Below the pieces are notes generated by a model. It was given only the letters and a program-made list of their open reading frames with translations, was not told the origin of the DNA and did no database searches. DNA of 64,000 bases from Patescibacteria group bacterium. Lineage in GTDB: Bacteria > Patescibacteriota > Patescibacteriia > Buchananbacterales > UBA6539. Where the stretch lies: NCBI GenBank assembly GCA_041662625.1, contig JBAZSB010000001.1, positions 118,467 through 182,466 on the forward strand. The letters are read 5' to 3'. The first letter of the stretch is position 1. The number at the start of each line of letters is the position of its first letter. The translations under genes and the position numbers were made by a program. Below, piece by piece: positions 21,165-29,596 of this stretch.

Positions 21165-21350
21165 TCAGCTTCTGACTCGGCTGACCCTTACCACTACGAC
21201 ACATAGCAGCATCGCAGCGCCCCCGTATAGCAGCGCCGCAAAAACTGTCATTGATGTGGGCAGCGCCATACTGCCGGTTATGCCGCCGACAGCGATGCCG
21301 GCCAGCAACAGCACGATGGCGACTGCACCCAAAAAAAGGTTCAATTTCAT
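21165..21350 (-). CDS. Orphan 61-aa two-TM small protein
   Basis: GAGGGA SD; own promoter 21417-21445; resembles 20499-20705. Confidence 0.7.
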   Translation of the reverse strand: MKLNLFLGAVAIVLLLAGIAVGGITGSMALPTSMTVFAALLYGGAAMLLCVVVVRVSRVRS

Positions 21351-21568
21351 CTGTCCCTCGCTTTCTTTTTCCTTCCGGTTTATATCACTCTTGTTACCAT
21401 TCCGAATTGATATATAATGATACCATTTTTTAGATAAACTGTCAATGGAAATTTAGGAAAATAGCTAAAATAAGCAATAAATATTATCCAAATCTACGAA
21501 TTTATGCCAATCTACAAATTATAGGGATATTCGTAGATTCGGATAGATTTGTAGATTGGTATAATGTT

Positions 21569-22738
21569 ATGTATAGTTCTTGGGTTGAAATTTCCAAATC
21601 CGCTATTTCGTATAATCTTGCCCAATATCAAAGAATTGTTGGCTCGAAAGTTGCCGTCATGCCGATTGTTAAAAGTAATGCCTATGGTCATGGCATGATC
21701 CAGATTGCTAAGTTAGTCAGCGCAAAAGTCAAATGGTTAGGTGTGGTGAATTTGGGCGAAGCCTTGGCGTTACGCCAAAATAAAATTAAAAATCGAATTT
21801 TTGTTTTAAGCTATTGCCAGTCAGAGTTGTTAGAGGAGGGGATTAGGCAAAATATTGATTTGCCAGTTTATGATTTAGCCATGGCTAAGCTGATTTCCAA
21901 GAAAACAAGAAATCAAAAAATCAACCCGTTCGACTACCGCTCAGGGTTGATGGTGAGCGAAGTCGAATCCATCAAGAAAACAAAAGTGCATATTAAAATT
22001 GATACTGGTGCTTCACGGGTTGGTGTTTTACCAAAAGATGCGGTAAATTTTATCAGGCAGGTATGTCAACTACCAAATTTGAAAGTAGAAGGAATTTACA
22101 GTCATTTCGCCGCTTCTGAAGAAAATCCAAAGTATACTAAGTGGCAATTAAATAATTTCAATCAAGTTTTAGCCAATTTAAAAAAAGAAGGAATTAATAT
22201 TCCTTATAAACATTTTGCCTGCAGTGCGGCCGCTTTAGTTGAGCCAAAGTCGTATTTCAATCTAATTCGCCTTGGCTTAGGTCTTTATGGTTTGTGGCCG
22301 TCCAATTTGGCTAAAAAGATAGCAATCAAGAAATATCCATGGTTAAAATTAAAACCAGCTTTAAGTTGGAAGACTAAAATTATTCAAGTTAAAGAAATTT
22401 CCAAAGACACTAAAATTGGTTACGGCTGCACTTTTATCGCCAAGAAAAAAATGAAAATTGCAGTTTTGCCGGTTGGTTATTGGGAAGGCTATGATCGGCA
22501 CTTAAGTAATCAAGGAGAAGTGATAATCAAAAATAAAAAATGCCCAGTTATTGGGCGAGTCTGTATGAATTTAACTATGGTTGATGTCAGTTTAGTTAAA
22601 GATGTTAAAATAGGTGATGAGGTAGTCTTGCTAGGCGGGGGAGTACCAGCTGAAGAATTGGCAGAAAAGATTAGGACAATCAATTATGAAGTAGTGACGC
22701 GGATTAATCCTATCTTAGAAAGACGATATTTAAAATAA
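21569..22738 (+). CDS. alr: Alanine racemase (with in-frame palindromic insertion)
   Basis: VKSNAYGHG, HIKIDTG, GRVCMN, TINYE. Confidence 0.95.
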   Translation: MYSSWVEISKSAISYNLAQYQRIVGSKVAVMPIVKSNAYGHGMIQIAKLVSAKVKWLGVVNLGEALALRQNKIKNRIFVLSYCQSELLEEGIRQNIDLPVYDLAMAKLISKKTRNQKINPFDYRSGLMVSEVESIKKTKVHIKIDTGASRVGVLPKDAVNFIRQVCQLPNLKVEGIYSHFAASEENPKYTKWQLNNFNQVLANLKKEGINIPYKHFACSAAALVEPKSYFNLIRLGLGLYGLWPSNLAKKIAIKKYPWLKLKPALSWKTKIIQVKEISKDTKIGYGCTFIAKKKMKIAVLPVGYWEGYDRHLSNQGEVIIKNKKCPVIGRVCMNLTMVDVSLVKDVKIGDEVVLLGGGVPAEELAEKIRTINYEVVTRINPILERRYLK

Positions 22739-22740
22739 AA

Positions 22741-23435
22741 AAATTGGGCTCCCGGTCGGCACAGCAGTTTTTCCTGAACTCTTTGTGAGTTCGACTGTGT
22801 GTCGGCCGGGAGCCGTCCAATTAGGGCGATGCGCTCGCTCATCAGCGTCTTGCCAGCCTTGGGCTGACAACGCCGAAATACGGGCGTGCCCGAACACGGA
22901 GATGCGGCTTAGCCAGTCGCGGGCGATCCCGGGTTTAGGCCTGGGCGCCGTGCAATCAGCGGGGTTTAGTCCCCGCAGCACTATGTTGGCAAATGCCGCT
23001 CTCCTATCTTAGGAACACTACCTCGTAGTGGGCAAGGACCCGTAGGTCCTCGCGCAGTGTCCCTTGTCCGCGCGCCACCTCGCGCTAAACCCGCTCAGTT
23101 TGCCCGAAGGCCGACGCCGCTGAGATTGATTGCGCGACTGAACGGGTACTACCGATTGGTCAACCAGCCAAGGTCCCCAGCCTTGCGGTCGACCAGAAGA
23201 TCAATGACTTAACCAAGAAAGCCATATTCTCCCTTCCTGTTTGTCGGTTGCGACGCTACGGAGCGTCTGGTTAAAACCCAAAGTAGAAAGTCTTGGTTAC
23301 GAACTTTCTACCCGTGGAATCGGGCTCCATACACCGGCCCAAACGGTGCGGTAGCCCCCATACAACGGGAATTGACGCAACAACATCGTTCGCCCTCCAT
23401 GAGCGCCATAACTTCTGACGCTTGTTGAGGATGTG
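22741..23435 (-). ncRNA. Putative large structured RNA (~700 nt) or structured mRNA of two micro-ORFs
   Basis: GC-rich, no long ORF, >15 stems, UNCG tetraloops on - strand, promoter 23439-23467, terminal hairpin plus T-tract. Confidence 0.6.
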
Positions 23436-23483
23436 GATACGTTAACATATATCTAAAAATTTGTCAATGATAATTGAATAAAT

Positions 23484-24641
23484 ATGTCTAAGATTAGCAA
23501 AAAAAATAAGATTAAGGTCGGTGTAATTTTTGGTGGTCGCTCAGGCGAGCACGAAGTTTCTATTGTTTCCGCTCAGTCCGTAATGAAAGCTTTGGATCGG
23601 AACAAATATGAGGTTATTCCGATTGGCGTGACTAAGGAAGGCAAATGGATTGCCGGGCCCCAGGCAGTGCAATTTCTAAAAGAAGGGTTGAAAAAATTGC
23701 CGTTCAAATCAGTTTTAACGCCTGACCCAACCGAAAAACATCTGGTCAAAGTCAAGGAAAAAGGTTTGGTGCCGCTCAAGTCTCAAGGGTCGTCAATCAC
23801 TAACCTTGACGTAGTGTTTCCGTTAATCCACGGGACTTATGGCGAAGACGGCAAGCTGCAAGGACTTTTGGAACTGGCCAACATTGCTTATATTGGGGCC
23901 GGCGTTTTAGGTTCAGCTTTAGGCATGGATAAAATTGTCCAGAAACAATTGTTTGCTGAGGTGGGGTTGGCCATAACTAAATATACTTGGTTTTTAAGTC
24001 AGGATTGGCCTAGGAAAAGAAAAAATATTTTAAGCCAGCTGGAAAAAGAACTGAAATACCCGATGTTTACCAAGCCGGCCAATACCGGTTCCAGTGTTGG
24101 TGTGGGTAAATGCCATAATCAGAAAGAATTAATTTTGGGCATTGGTGATGCTAGCCAATATGATCGCAAGGTGATTGTTGAGCAGGGGATTAATAACATT
24201 TCTGAGATTGAAGTGGCGGTTTTAGGTAATGATAATCCCAAAGCTTCAGTGCCCGGCGAAATTATTGCTAGTAATGAATTTTATGATTATGATGCCAAAT
24301 ATGTTGATGGCAAATCACAGGCAATAATTCCGGCTAAACTGCCCCAAGCAGTGGTTAAGAAAATTCAAAGAATGGCAGTTGAGGCTTTTAAAGTTTTAGA
24401 TTTATCCGGTATGGCCCGGGTTGATTTTTTGGTCACCAAAGGCCGCTATCAAATTTATCTGAATGAAGTCAACACTATTCCCGGCTTTACTTCAATTTCC
24501 ATGTATCCAAAGCTCTGGCAGGCTTCCGGTCTTTCGTATTCTGATTTGCTGGGTGAATTGATTAAATTGGCAATTGAGCGTTTTAAAGAAAAAAATAAGC
24601 TGAAAACTTCTTATCAGCCGAAGCAGGATTGGTATAAATAA
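23484..24641 (+). CDS. ddl: D-alanine--D-alanine ligase
   Basis: GGRSGEHEVS, HGTYGEDG, NEVNTIPGFT. Confidence 0.96.
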   Translation: MSKISKKNKIKVGVIFGGRSGEHEVSIVSAQSVMKALDRNKYEVIPIGVTKEGKWIAGPQAVQFLKEGLKKLPFKSVLTPDPTEKHLVKVKEKGLVPLKSQGSSITNLDVVFPLIHGTYGEDGKLQGLLELANIAYIGAGVLGSALGMDKIVQKQLFAEVGLAITKYTWFLSQDWPRKRKNILSQLEKELKYPMFTKPANTGSSVGVGKCHNQKELILGIGDASQYDRKVIVEQGINNISEIEVAVLGNDNPKASVPGEIIASNEFYDYDAKYVDGKSQAIIPAKLPQAVVKKIQRMAVEAFKVLDLSGMARVDFLVTKGRYQIYLNEVNTIPGFTSISMYPKLWQASGLSYSDLLGELIKLAIERFKEKNKLKTSYQPKQDWYK

Positions 24642-24645
24642 TTTT

Positions 24646-25509
24646 GTGAAACGCAAACGAGATTACCAAAGAAAAAATTTTAGGAACCCTTTTTTTAATA
24701 AGAAGGGGAAAACACATAAACGCCGGCCTTGGCTGGTTTTAATTTTATTTTTAGTTATTTTTTTTATCAGCTCATACTTTCTAAATAATATTAGCCAATT
24801 ACAGATTAAAACGGTCCAAATTAAAGGTAATGAGCATATTAGTCAGCAGGAAATTGAAGGCTTGGTCTTTAAACAGGCCCATGAGAGGCGTCTTTTCTTT
24901 TTCAGCCAGAATAACCTGATTTTTTTTAGCAAACGCGAATTGAAGAAAAAATTGAACGAAAATTACTTTTTGGAGCAGCTGAAAATCCATAAAAAATATC
25001 CTGGTACTTTAATTATTGAAATTAAAGAGGAAATTTCATCTTTAATTTGGTCGAGTGGCGGTATCCAGTATTACTTGGATTTAAAAGGAGTGGCCTTAAG
25101 AAAAGCCACGACTGATGACTTGATTATTGAGCCTGGAGCCGGGGAGATGAAACTTATTAGACCGCAAGTCAGTTCTGGTCAATATCCATTGATTTATGAT
25201 CAAAGTAATACTCCTGTTACTATTGGTCAGCCAATTATTACCGAAATTTTAGTTAATTTTATTATTAATTTAACTGAGCAAGTTAAACAGAGAGCTGAGT
25301 TTATTTTGGCTCACTACCAAATTCCTGACCCCAGTTCAACGGAAATTACTTTAGTTACTAATGAAGGTTTGAAAATATATTTTAGATTAACTGATCCATT
25401 AGATCAACAACTGGAAACCTTATTTTCGGTTTTAAACACAGAAGTTAAAGATTGGCATAGATTAGAATATATTGATTTACGTTTTGGCGGAAAAGTTTTT
25501 TGGAAATAA
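24646..25509 (+). CDS. ftsQ: FtsQ/DivIB-like protein
   Basis: TM + POTRA-like + YIDLRF C-terminus; follows ddl. Confidence 0.75.
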   Translation: MKRKRDYQRKNFRNPFFNKKGKTHKRRPWLVLILFLVIFFISSYFLNNISQLQIKTVQIKGNEHISQQEIEGLVFKQAHERRLFFFSQNNLIFFSKRELKKKLNENYFLEQLKIHKKYPGTLIIEIKEEISSLIWSSGGIQYYLDLKGVALRKATTDDLIIEPGAGEMKLIRPQVSSGQYPLIYDQSNTPVTIGQPIITEILVNFIINLTEQVKQRAEFILAHYQIPDPSSTEITLVTNEGLKIYFRLTDPLDQQLETLFSVLNTEVKDWHRLEYIDLRFGGKVFWK

Positions 25510-25650
25510 TATAAATGCCTCCTCATTCCCACTAATTTTATTCCTAGTATCTATGCGTCGTAAAATATTTTAGAGTGGGGAAGTCATCTTTAGCGGGGAA
25601 GAGGCAATTAGTTTAACCAATTAAGATCAATTTGGACATCTAAGTACCCT

Positions 25651-25726
25651 TAAAGCCCTGAAAGTGCATTTTGTCATCCTGAACTTGATTTAGGATCTCA
25701 TCAGAATCGCACCTTCAGGGCTTTTA
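25651..25726. repeat. Inverted repeat enclosing REP-like tgtcatcctgaacttgatttaggatct
   Basis: Arms 25651-25667/25709-25726 with internal palindrome. Confidence 0.6.
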
Positions 25727-25800
25727 GTAATTTTTGAATATAAATAGCTAAATATAAATAGCTATAGGTGGTTTATATGAGTTGCTAAATCTGCGCTATG

Positions 25801-25942
25801 TTAAGTGACTCATTGAGATACTCAAATGGTCTTATAATGAGTCGCTTAACCAGATTTTACGACACCGTGTCGGTGTCATAAAATCTGGTCACCTTAAGCG
25901 ACTCATAAGGACAACAAAATGGTCATACTATGAGTCGCTTAA
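25801..25942. repeat. Two 49-bp self-complementary units separated by a palindromic spacer
   Basis: ttaagygactcat...atgagtcgcttaa at 25801-25849 and 25894-25942. Confidence 0.8.
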
Positions 25943-26264
25943 GGTATATTGTGCGACCCTAAACTATCCAACAAATAAGGCAAAATGACTCTCCCCTAGG
26001 AATAAGATGTAATAGATTGAGTTTATTTCCGTCTTAATTATATGGCGCCAAGATGATTCTTTACTGGAAAAAGAATTTGACGGAAGAATCTTTTTGCCCT
26101 AAGATATGAAGTCGCCCTTTGAAACCACACCCATTGCCCTCCCCTAGCTGTTGGTGTTAGCCGCCGCTAGCTAAAGGAGGGCAATTGCGAGAATGTGACT
26201 TGCACGGCCAGTGTCGTCAGCTGGTTGTTAGCCTCTCCGATTCTAATCAATAAGCCCCAATCAT

Positions 26265-26438
26265 ATGATCAGGGCACTTTCGGGGGCGCTAACACTAGCT
26301 TTGGGCATTATCGTGCTAAAGCTTCTGTTACCTGAGATTGCTGTGGGTTTGATTGACCTTATCGTCAAAATCATCCACATCATCAATGTTGCAGTCGATC
26401 AGACTTCAGCTAATCTCAATATCCCCATCTCGCACTAA
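26265..26438 (+). CDS. 57-aa hydrophobic membrane peptide MIRALSGALTLALGIIVLKLLLPEIAVGLIDLIVKIIHII...
   Basis: Hand-translated; promoter TTGACG-17-TAAGAT (26077-26105); terminator immediately after stop. Confidence 0.65.
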   Translation: MIRALSGALTLALGIIVLKLLLPEIAVGLIDLIVKIIHIINVAVDQTSANLNIPISH

Positions 26439-26440
26439 TC

Positions 26441-26475
26441 AAAAAGGCTCAAGGATTTCTCCCTGAGCCTTTTGT
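26441..26475. terminator. Bidirectional intrinsic terminator
   Basis: aaaaaggctcaagg-loop-ccctgagcctttt between convergent genes. Confidence 0.75.
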
Positions 26476-26494
26476 CTTTATTGTTTTGTTTTCG

Positions 26495-27163
26495 CTAGAT
26501 ATTTTGATTTCTATTTTTTCGGTAAAGCAGATACGAATAAACCATTGGCACCAAAGAGACAATAGCGATGCCAGCGACAAAAAGCCACCAAAATATGGCT
26601 GGCGGTAGAATTGCCCCAAAAATCATAAATAAACCCATGATCATAAATAATTTACCGCCCAAGCGATGAGTTTTATTCCAAACTTCCTCGCTAGACAAAG
26701 TCCAGGGCGTGCGGATACCCATAAACCAGTTCGATTTAATTTTTCCCATGTAATTGCCTAAAACAACAAATAAAATGCCAATTGCTGGCGGGATGACCAT
26801 GGTTACCGGTAACTCATAGCCTAAACCGGCTAAGCCCACATAAAAATAGATTGCTGTCATTACTGCAACCATCAGGCCTTTAAAAACGTGATAGACTTTA
26901 GCAAACTCAGCATAGCGGTCTTTTTTTGGGTCAAGATAAGGAAAAACCAAAAACAGCAGATACATTCCTAAGTTTAAGCCGGGAAAGAAAAAAGCGGCAA
27001 AAGTTTTGCCTGACCAGCCGTCGATTTCCCCTTTGTAGTTCCAATGGGTTGGGACTTTATCAGGAAAATTGGCATAGAAATAGAAGCTGGCCAAAACACT
27101 TAAAATAATTAAAACAATTGGGATAATTTCGGTTTTAAAGGTTGGTTTGATTGGGTTAGCCAT
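26495..27163 (-). CDS. SdpI-family membrane protein (DUF1648 + SdpI)
   Basis: PTHWNYKGEIDG, GIRTPWTLSSEEVWNKTHRLGG. Confidence 0.9.
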   Translation of the reverse strand: MANPIKPTFKTEIIPIVLIILSVLASFYFYANFPDKVPTHWNYKGEIDGWSGKTFAAFFFPGLNLGMYLLFLVFPYLDPKKDRYAEFAKVYHVFKGLMVAVMTAIYFYVGLAGLGYELPVTMVIPPAIGILFVVLGNYMGKIKSNWFMGIRTPWTLSSEEVWNKTHRLGGKLFMIMGLFMIFGAILPPAIFWWLFVAGIAIVSLVPMVYSYLLYRKNRNQNI

Positions 27164-27168
27164 ATTTT

Positions 27169-27438
27169 TTATTTAGATTTATTAAAAAAATTATAAATTT
27201 CTTCAGCAATTTCTTCAAAAACGCTCAAATTTAAAGAATAAATAATCTGTTGTCCCCTTCTTTGGGTGGAAACTAAATCGGCCCCTTTTAAGATAGTTAA
27301 ATGGTGGGAAAGCGATGGTAAGGTAATATCAAAATTTATGGCGATTTCATTAACCGGCAGATCCTTTTTTTTAAGCAATTGGAGAATTTTGCGGCGGGTC
27401 GGATCAGATAAGGCAAAAAATGTATTATTTAAAGTCAT
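27169..27438 (-). CDS. ArsR/SdpR-family repressor
   Basis: ALSDPTRRKIL, SLSHHL wHTH; upstream of sdpI-like gene. Confidence 0.92.
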   Translation of the reverse strand: MTLNNTFFALSDPTRRKILQLLKKKDLPVNEIAINFDITLPSLSHHLTILKGADLVSTQRRGQQIIYSLNLSVFEEIAEEIYNFFNKSK

Positions 27439-27483
27439 ATTCCCCTACTTTGTGATCCCTTGTAGCAATTGGGATAAGTTTAG

Positions 27484-27507
27484 ATATTTAGACAACTATC
27501 TAAATAT
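27484..27507. promoter_or_regulatory. Probable ArsR/SdpR operator (9-6-9 inverted repeat) overlapping the promoter
   Basis: atatttaga-caacta-tctaaatat next to the - strand TTGACA at 27526-27531. Confidence 0.65.
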
Positions 27508-27599
27508 TATCATAAAAAAATAGTCTGTCAAGACCTTATTTTTAAAAAATGTGGATATCTTATTTGTCTAAAATGGAATAATTAGTTAATATAATTATG

Positions 27600-27825
27600 T
27601 GGACATCCCCCCCAGGATGCGAAACGTTAGGCCCCGCTAGGGTTCCCTCCGGGGAACCCCGGCGAAAACAAACTCGCACCTAGTGCGAACAGTGCGAGAG
27701 ATCCACATAGATCTTTGCCGGGCTTTGCGCCCAACAACCGCGGCTGCTACGGCGGCCAACGACCCTCCCCAGAGTGGACAGGTAGAGTAAGAGAGTTTTG
27801 CTCAGCCTGTCCCTCATTTTTTTTA
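27600..27825 (+). ncRNA. Putative structured RNA (~220 nt)
   Basis: c(UCCG)g and c(UACG)g hairpins, multibranch stems, terminator with T-tract, no credible ORF. Confidence 0.6.
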
Positions 27826-27828
27826 TTT

Positions 27829-28230
27829 TTAGAGCTGGCCCCAATACATTATCTTTAAGTAAGATAAAACCAAAAAAACCGTCACTGCGGCCAAAACATC
27901 TTTTAGAGTGGGAACTTGTTTAAAGAAAAAAGGTAAAATTATAATCAGAACTGGGAGAAAATAAGTTAAAAGGTCATGTTTTAAGGCCTGGTACCAGTTT
28001 AATTCGATACTAATTTTAGAATCAGTTTTGTCTTTGGTTTTTTTGATTTGCTCCTGGTCGCGGCCAAAAACTAAAATCCCTCCAATTGTGAAGACAATTG
28101 TTGGGATAAGTGAAATTAGAATATCAACCAGTGATTTAGATTTATAGAGATAGTTAAAATAGACAATGGCAGTGGCAACAGTCAGAAACATGATGACAAT
28201 GCTGCTTATTTTTTGCTGTGAAATTTTCAT
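27829..28230 (-). CDS. Hypothetical 4-TM membrane protein
   Basis: Hydrophobic ORF coupled to the M23 gene. Confidence 0.7.
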   Translation of the reverse strand: MKISQQKISSIVIMFLTVATAIVYFNYLYKSKSLVDILISLIPTIVFTIGGILVFGRDQEQIKKTKDKTDSKISIELNWYQALKHDLLTYFLPVLIIILPFFFKQVPTLKDVLAAVTVFLVLSYLKIMYWGQL

Positions 28231-28233
28231 GGG

Positions 28234-29535
28234 TTAAAATGGGGGCAGATATTCCAAAGGATTAACTGGGATACCATTCAGCCGGACTTCAAAGTGAAGA
28301 TGAGGTCCGGTGCTGAGATTACCTGACCCAGTTCCGCCCGGCATCCCACCAGATAAAGCAATCGCCTGGCCCTTGTTTACATATTCATCCTCTTTAACTA
28401 ACGGTTGAGAAATATGGCCAAAGACAGTAGAGAGACCATCATTGTGGATTAACATAATATAGGCATAGCTACTGTCACCTCGGAATTGAACTCGGGCGAC
28501 GTATCCTGACTCGGGAGCCTGGATGGTTGTCCCTTGGCCAGCCCGAATGTCAATTGCCGGGTGTTCAAAGATATAGCGGAATGGGTAATCTGGGTCATGA
28601 AAATAGGCACTAACTCCTTTAACAGGGATAATTGGCCAAGCTAGCTGAGCCGGGCCGAAACCTTTGAATCTTTCCGCTGCATCTCTGGCTTCGAGTTGTT
28701 CCCGAACGTTTTTTTCTAAAGTAACAATTTCGGAATTAATCTGCTGCTGCTCCAGTTGGAGTTGGTATTTAAAGTTTTGGTATTGTTTTTCCGTCAGTCG
28801 TGCCTGGAGAAGCAGAACTCCTTGAGCGGTACTTTTTTCCGTTAATTCCGATTTTTCTTCTTGAAGTTGGTCTTTAAGCTTTTCCTCTAGCTTTGCTTTT
28901 TCTTCCCAATTTGATTTTTGCACCCCTAAATTTTGCTTATGATTTTTTAATTTTACTAAAGCGGCCGAAAGATTATTATGGATTTCTTCGGTATATTTGG
29001 TTTGATCAAAGAAATCGGAGAATGATTCATTGACTAAAAGTATTTCAAAGTAACTGATTTGATCAGTTTTGTAAATTAGGCGGAGGTATTCAGAAATTTT
29101 TTGTTTTCGGTCAGCAATCAAATTTTCCAAATCTTGGATTTGAAGGTTCAAGCTCTGGATTTCTAGATTGGTTTCTTCGATTCTGGCTTCGGTGGCTTCA
29201 ATATCGAGATTAATTTTAGCCACCTGATTATCTAAAATGGCAATTTGATTTCTTAAACTTTTTGCCTCTTTTTGTTTAGTGCTAATTTGTTGGTTATAAG
29301 CGTCGATTTCTTGTTGTAAAGCATTAATATCCTTGCGTCGAGTTTCAATCCGGCGGTTTAGCTCAGCTATTTCTTCTTCCCGAGTTGAGCTAGTTGTTTC
29401 ATTCTGGTCAGTTTCCGCCCAAGCGGTCAGTATTGGTTGGCTAATAAAAAAAATAGCCAAACTAAAGCTAAATATTAGGGGAAAAATAAATATTTTCCTT
29501 GAATGCTGAATTTTGTTTCTGTTTTTATTATTCAT
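28234..29535 (-). CDS. Coiled-coil M23 peptidase (EnvC/CwlO-like architecture)
   Basis: Signal/TM, long coiled coil, HPAID and STGPHLHFEVR. Confidence 0.9.
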   Translation of the reverse strand: MNNKNRNKIQHSRKIFIFPLIFSFSLAIFFISQPILTAWAETDQNETTSSTREEEIAELNRRIETRRKDINALQQEIDAYNQQISTKQKEAKSLRNQIAILDNQVAKINLDIEATEARIEETNLEIQSLNLQIQDLENLIADRKQKISEYLRLIYKTDQISYFEILLVNESFSDFFDQTKYTEEIHNNLSAALVKLKNHKQNLGVQKSNWEEKAKLEEKLKDQLQEEKSELTEKSTAQGVLLLQARLTEKQYQNFKYQLQLEQQQINSEIVTLEKNVREQLEARDAAERFKGFGPAQLAWPIIPVKGVSAYFHDPDYPFRYIFEHPAIDIRAGQGTTIQAPESGYVARVQFRGDSSYAYIMLIHNDGLSTVFGHISQPLVKEDEYVNKGQAIALSGGMPGGTGSGNLSTGPHLHFEVRLNGIPVNPLEYLPPF

Positions 29536-29596
29536 TAATATATTGTAGCACAAAATTTTGGAAAAATCAATTTTTTCTTTTCCCGTAGTAGTTTTT

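Noticed and set aside
22741-23435. Group I/II intron, RNase P RNA or tmRNA; ORFs 22730-22981 and 22785-23012
   Set aside because: No domain V, P7/S, GAGGAAAGUCC or tRNA-like ends were recognised and the region is intergenic. The listed ORFs lack SDs and run through the terminal hairpin.
25801-25942. Possible mini CRISPR array
   Set aside because: Only two diverged 49-bp units, the spacer is itself a palindrome, and no cas genes are present.
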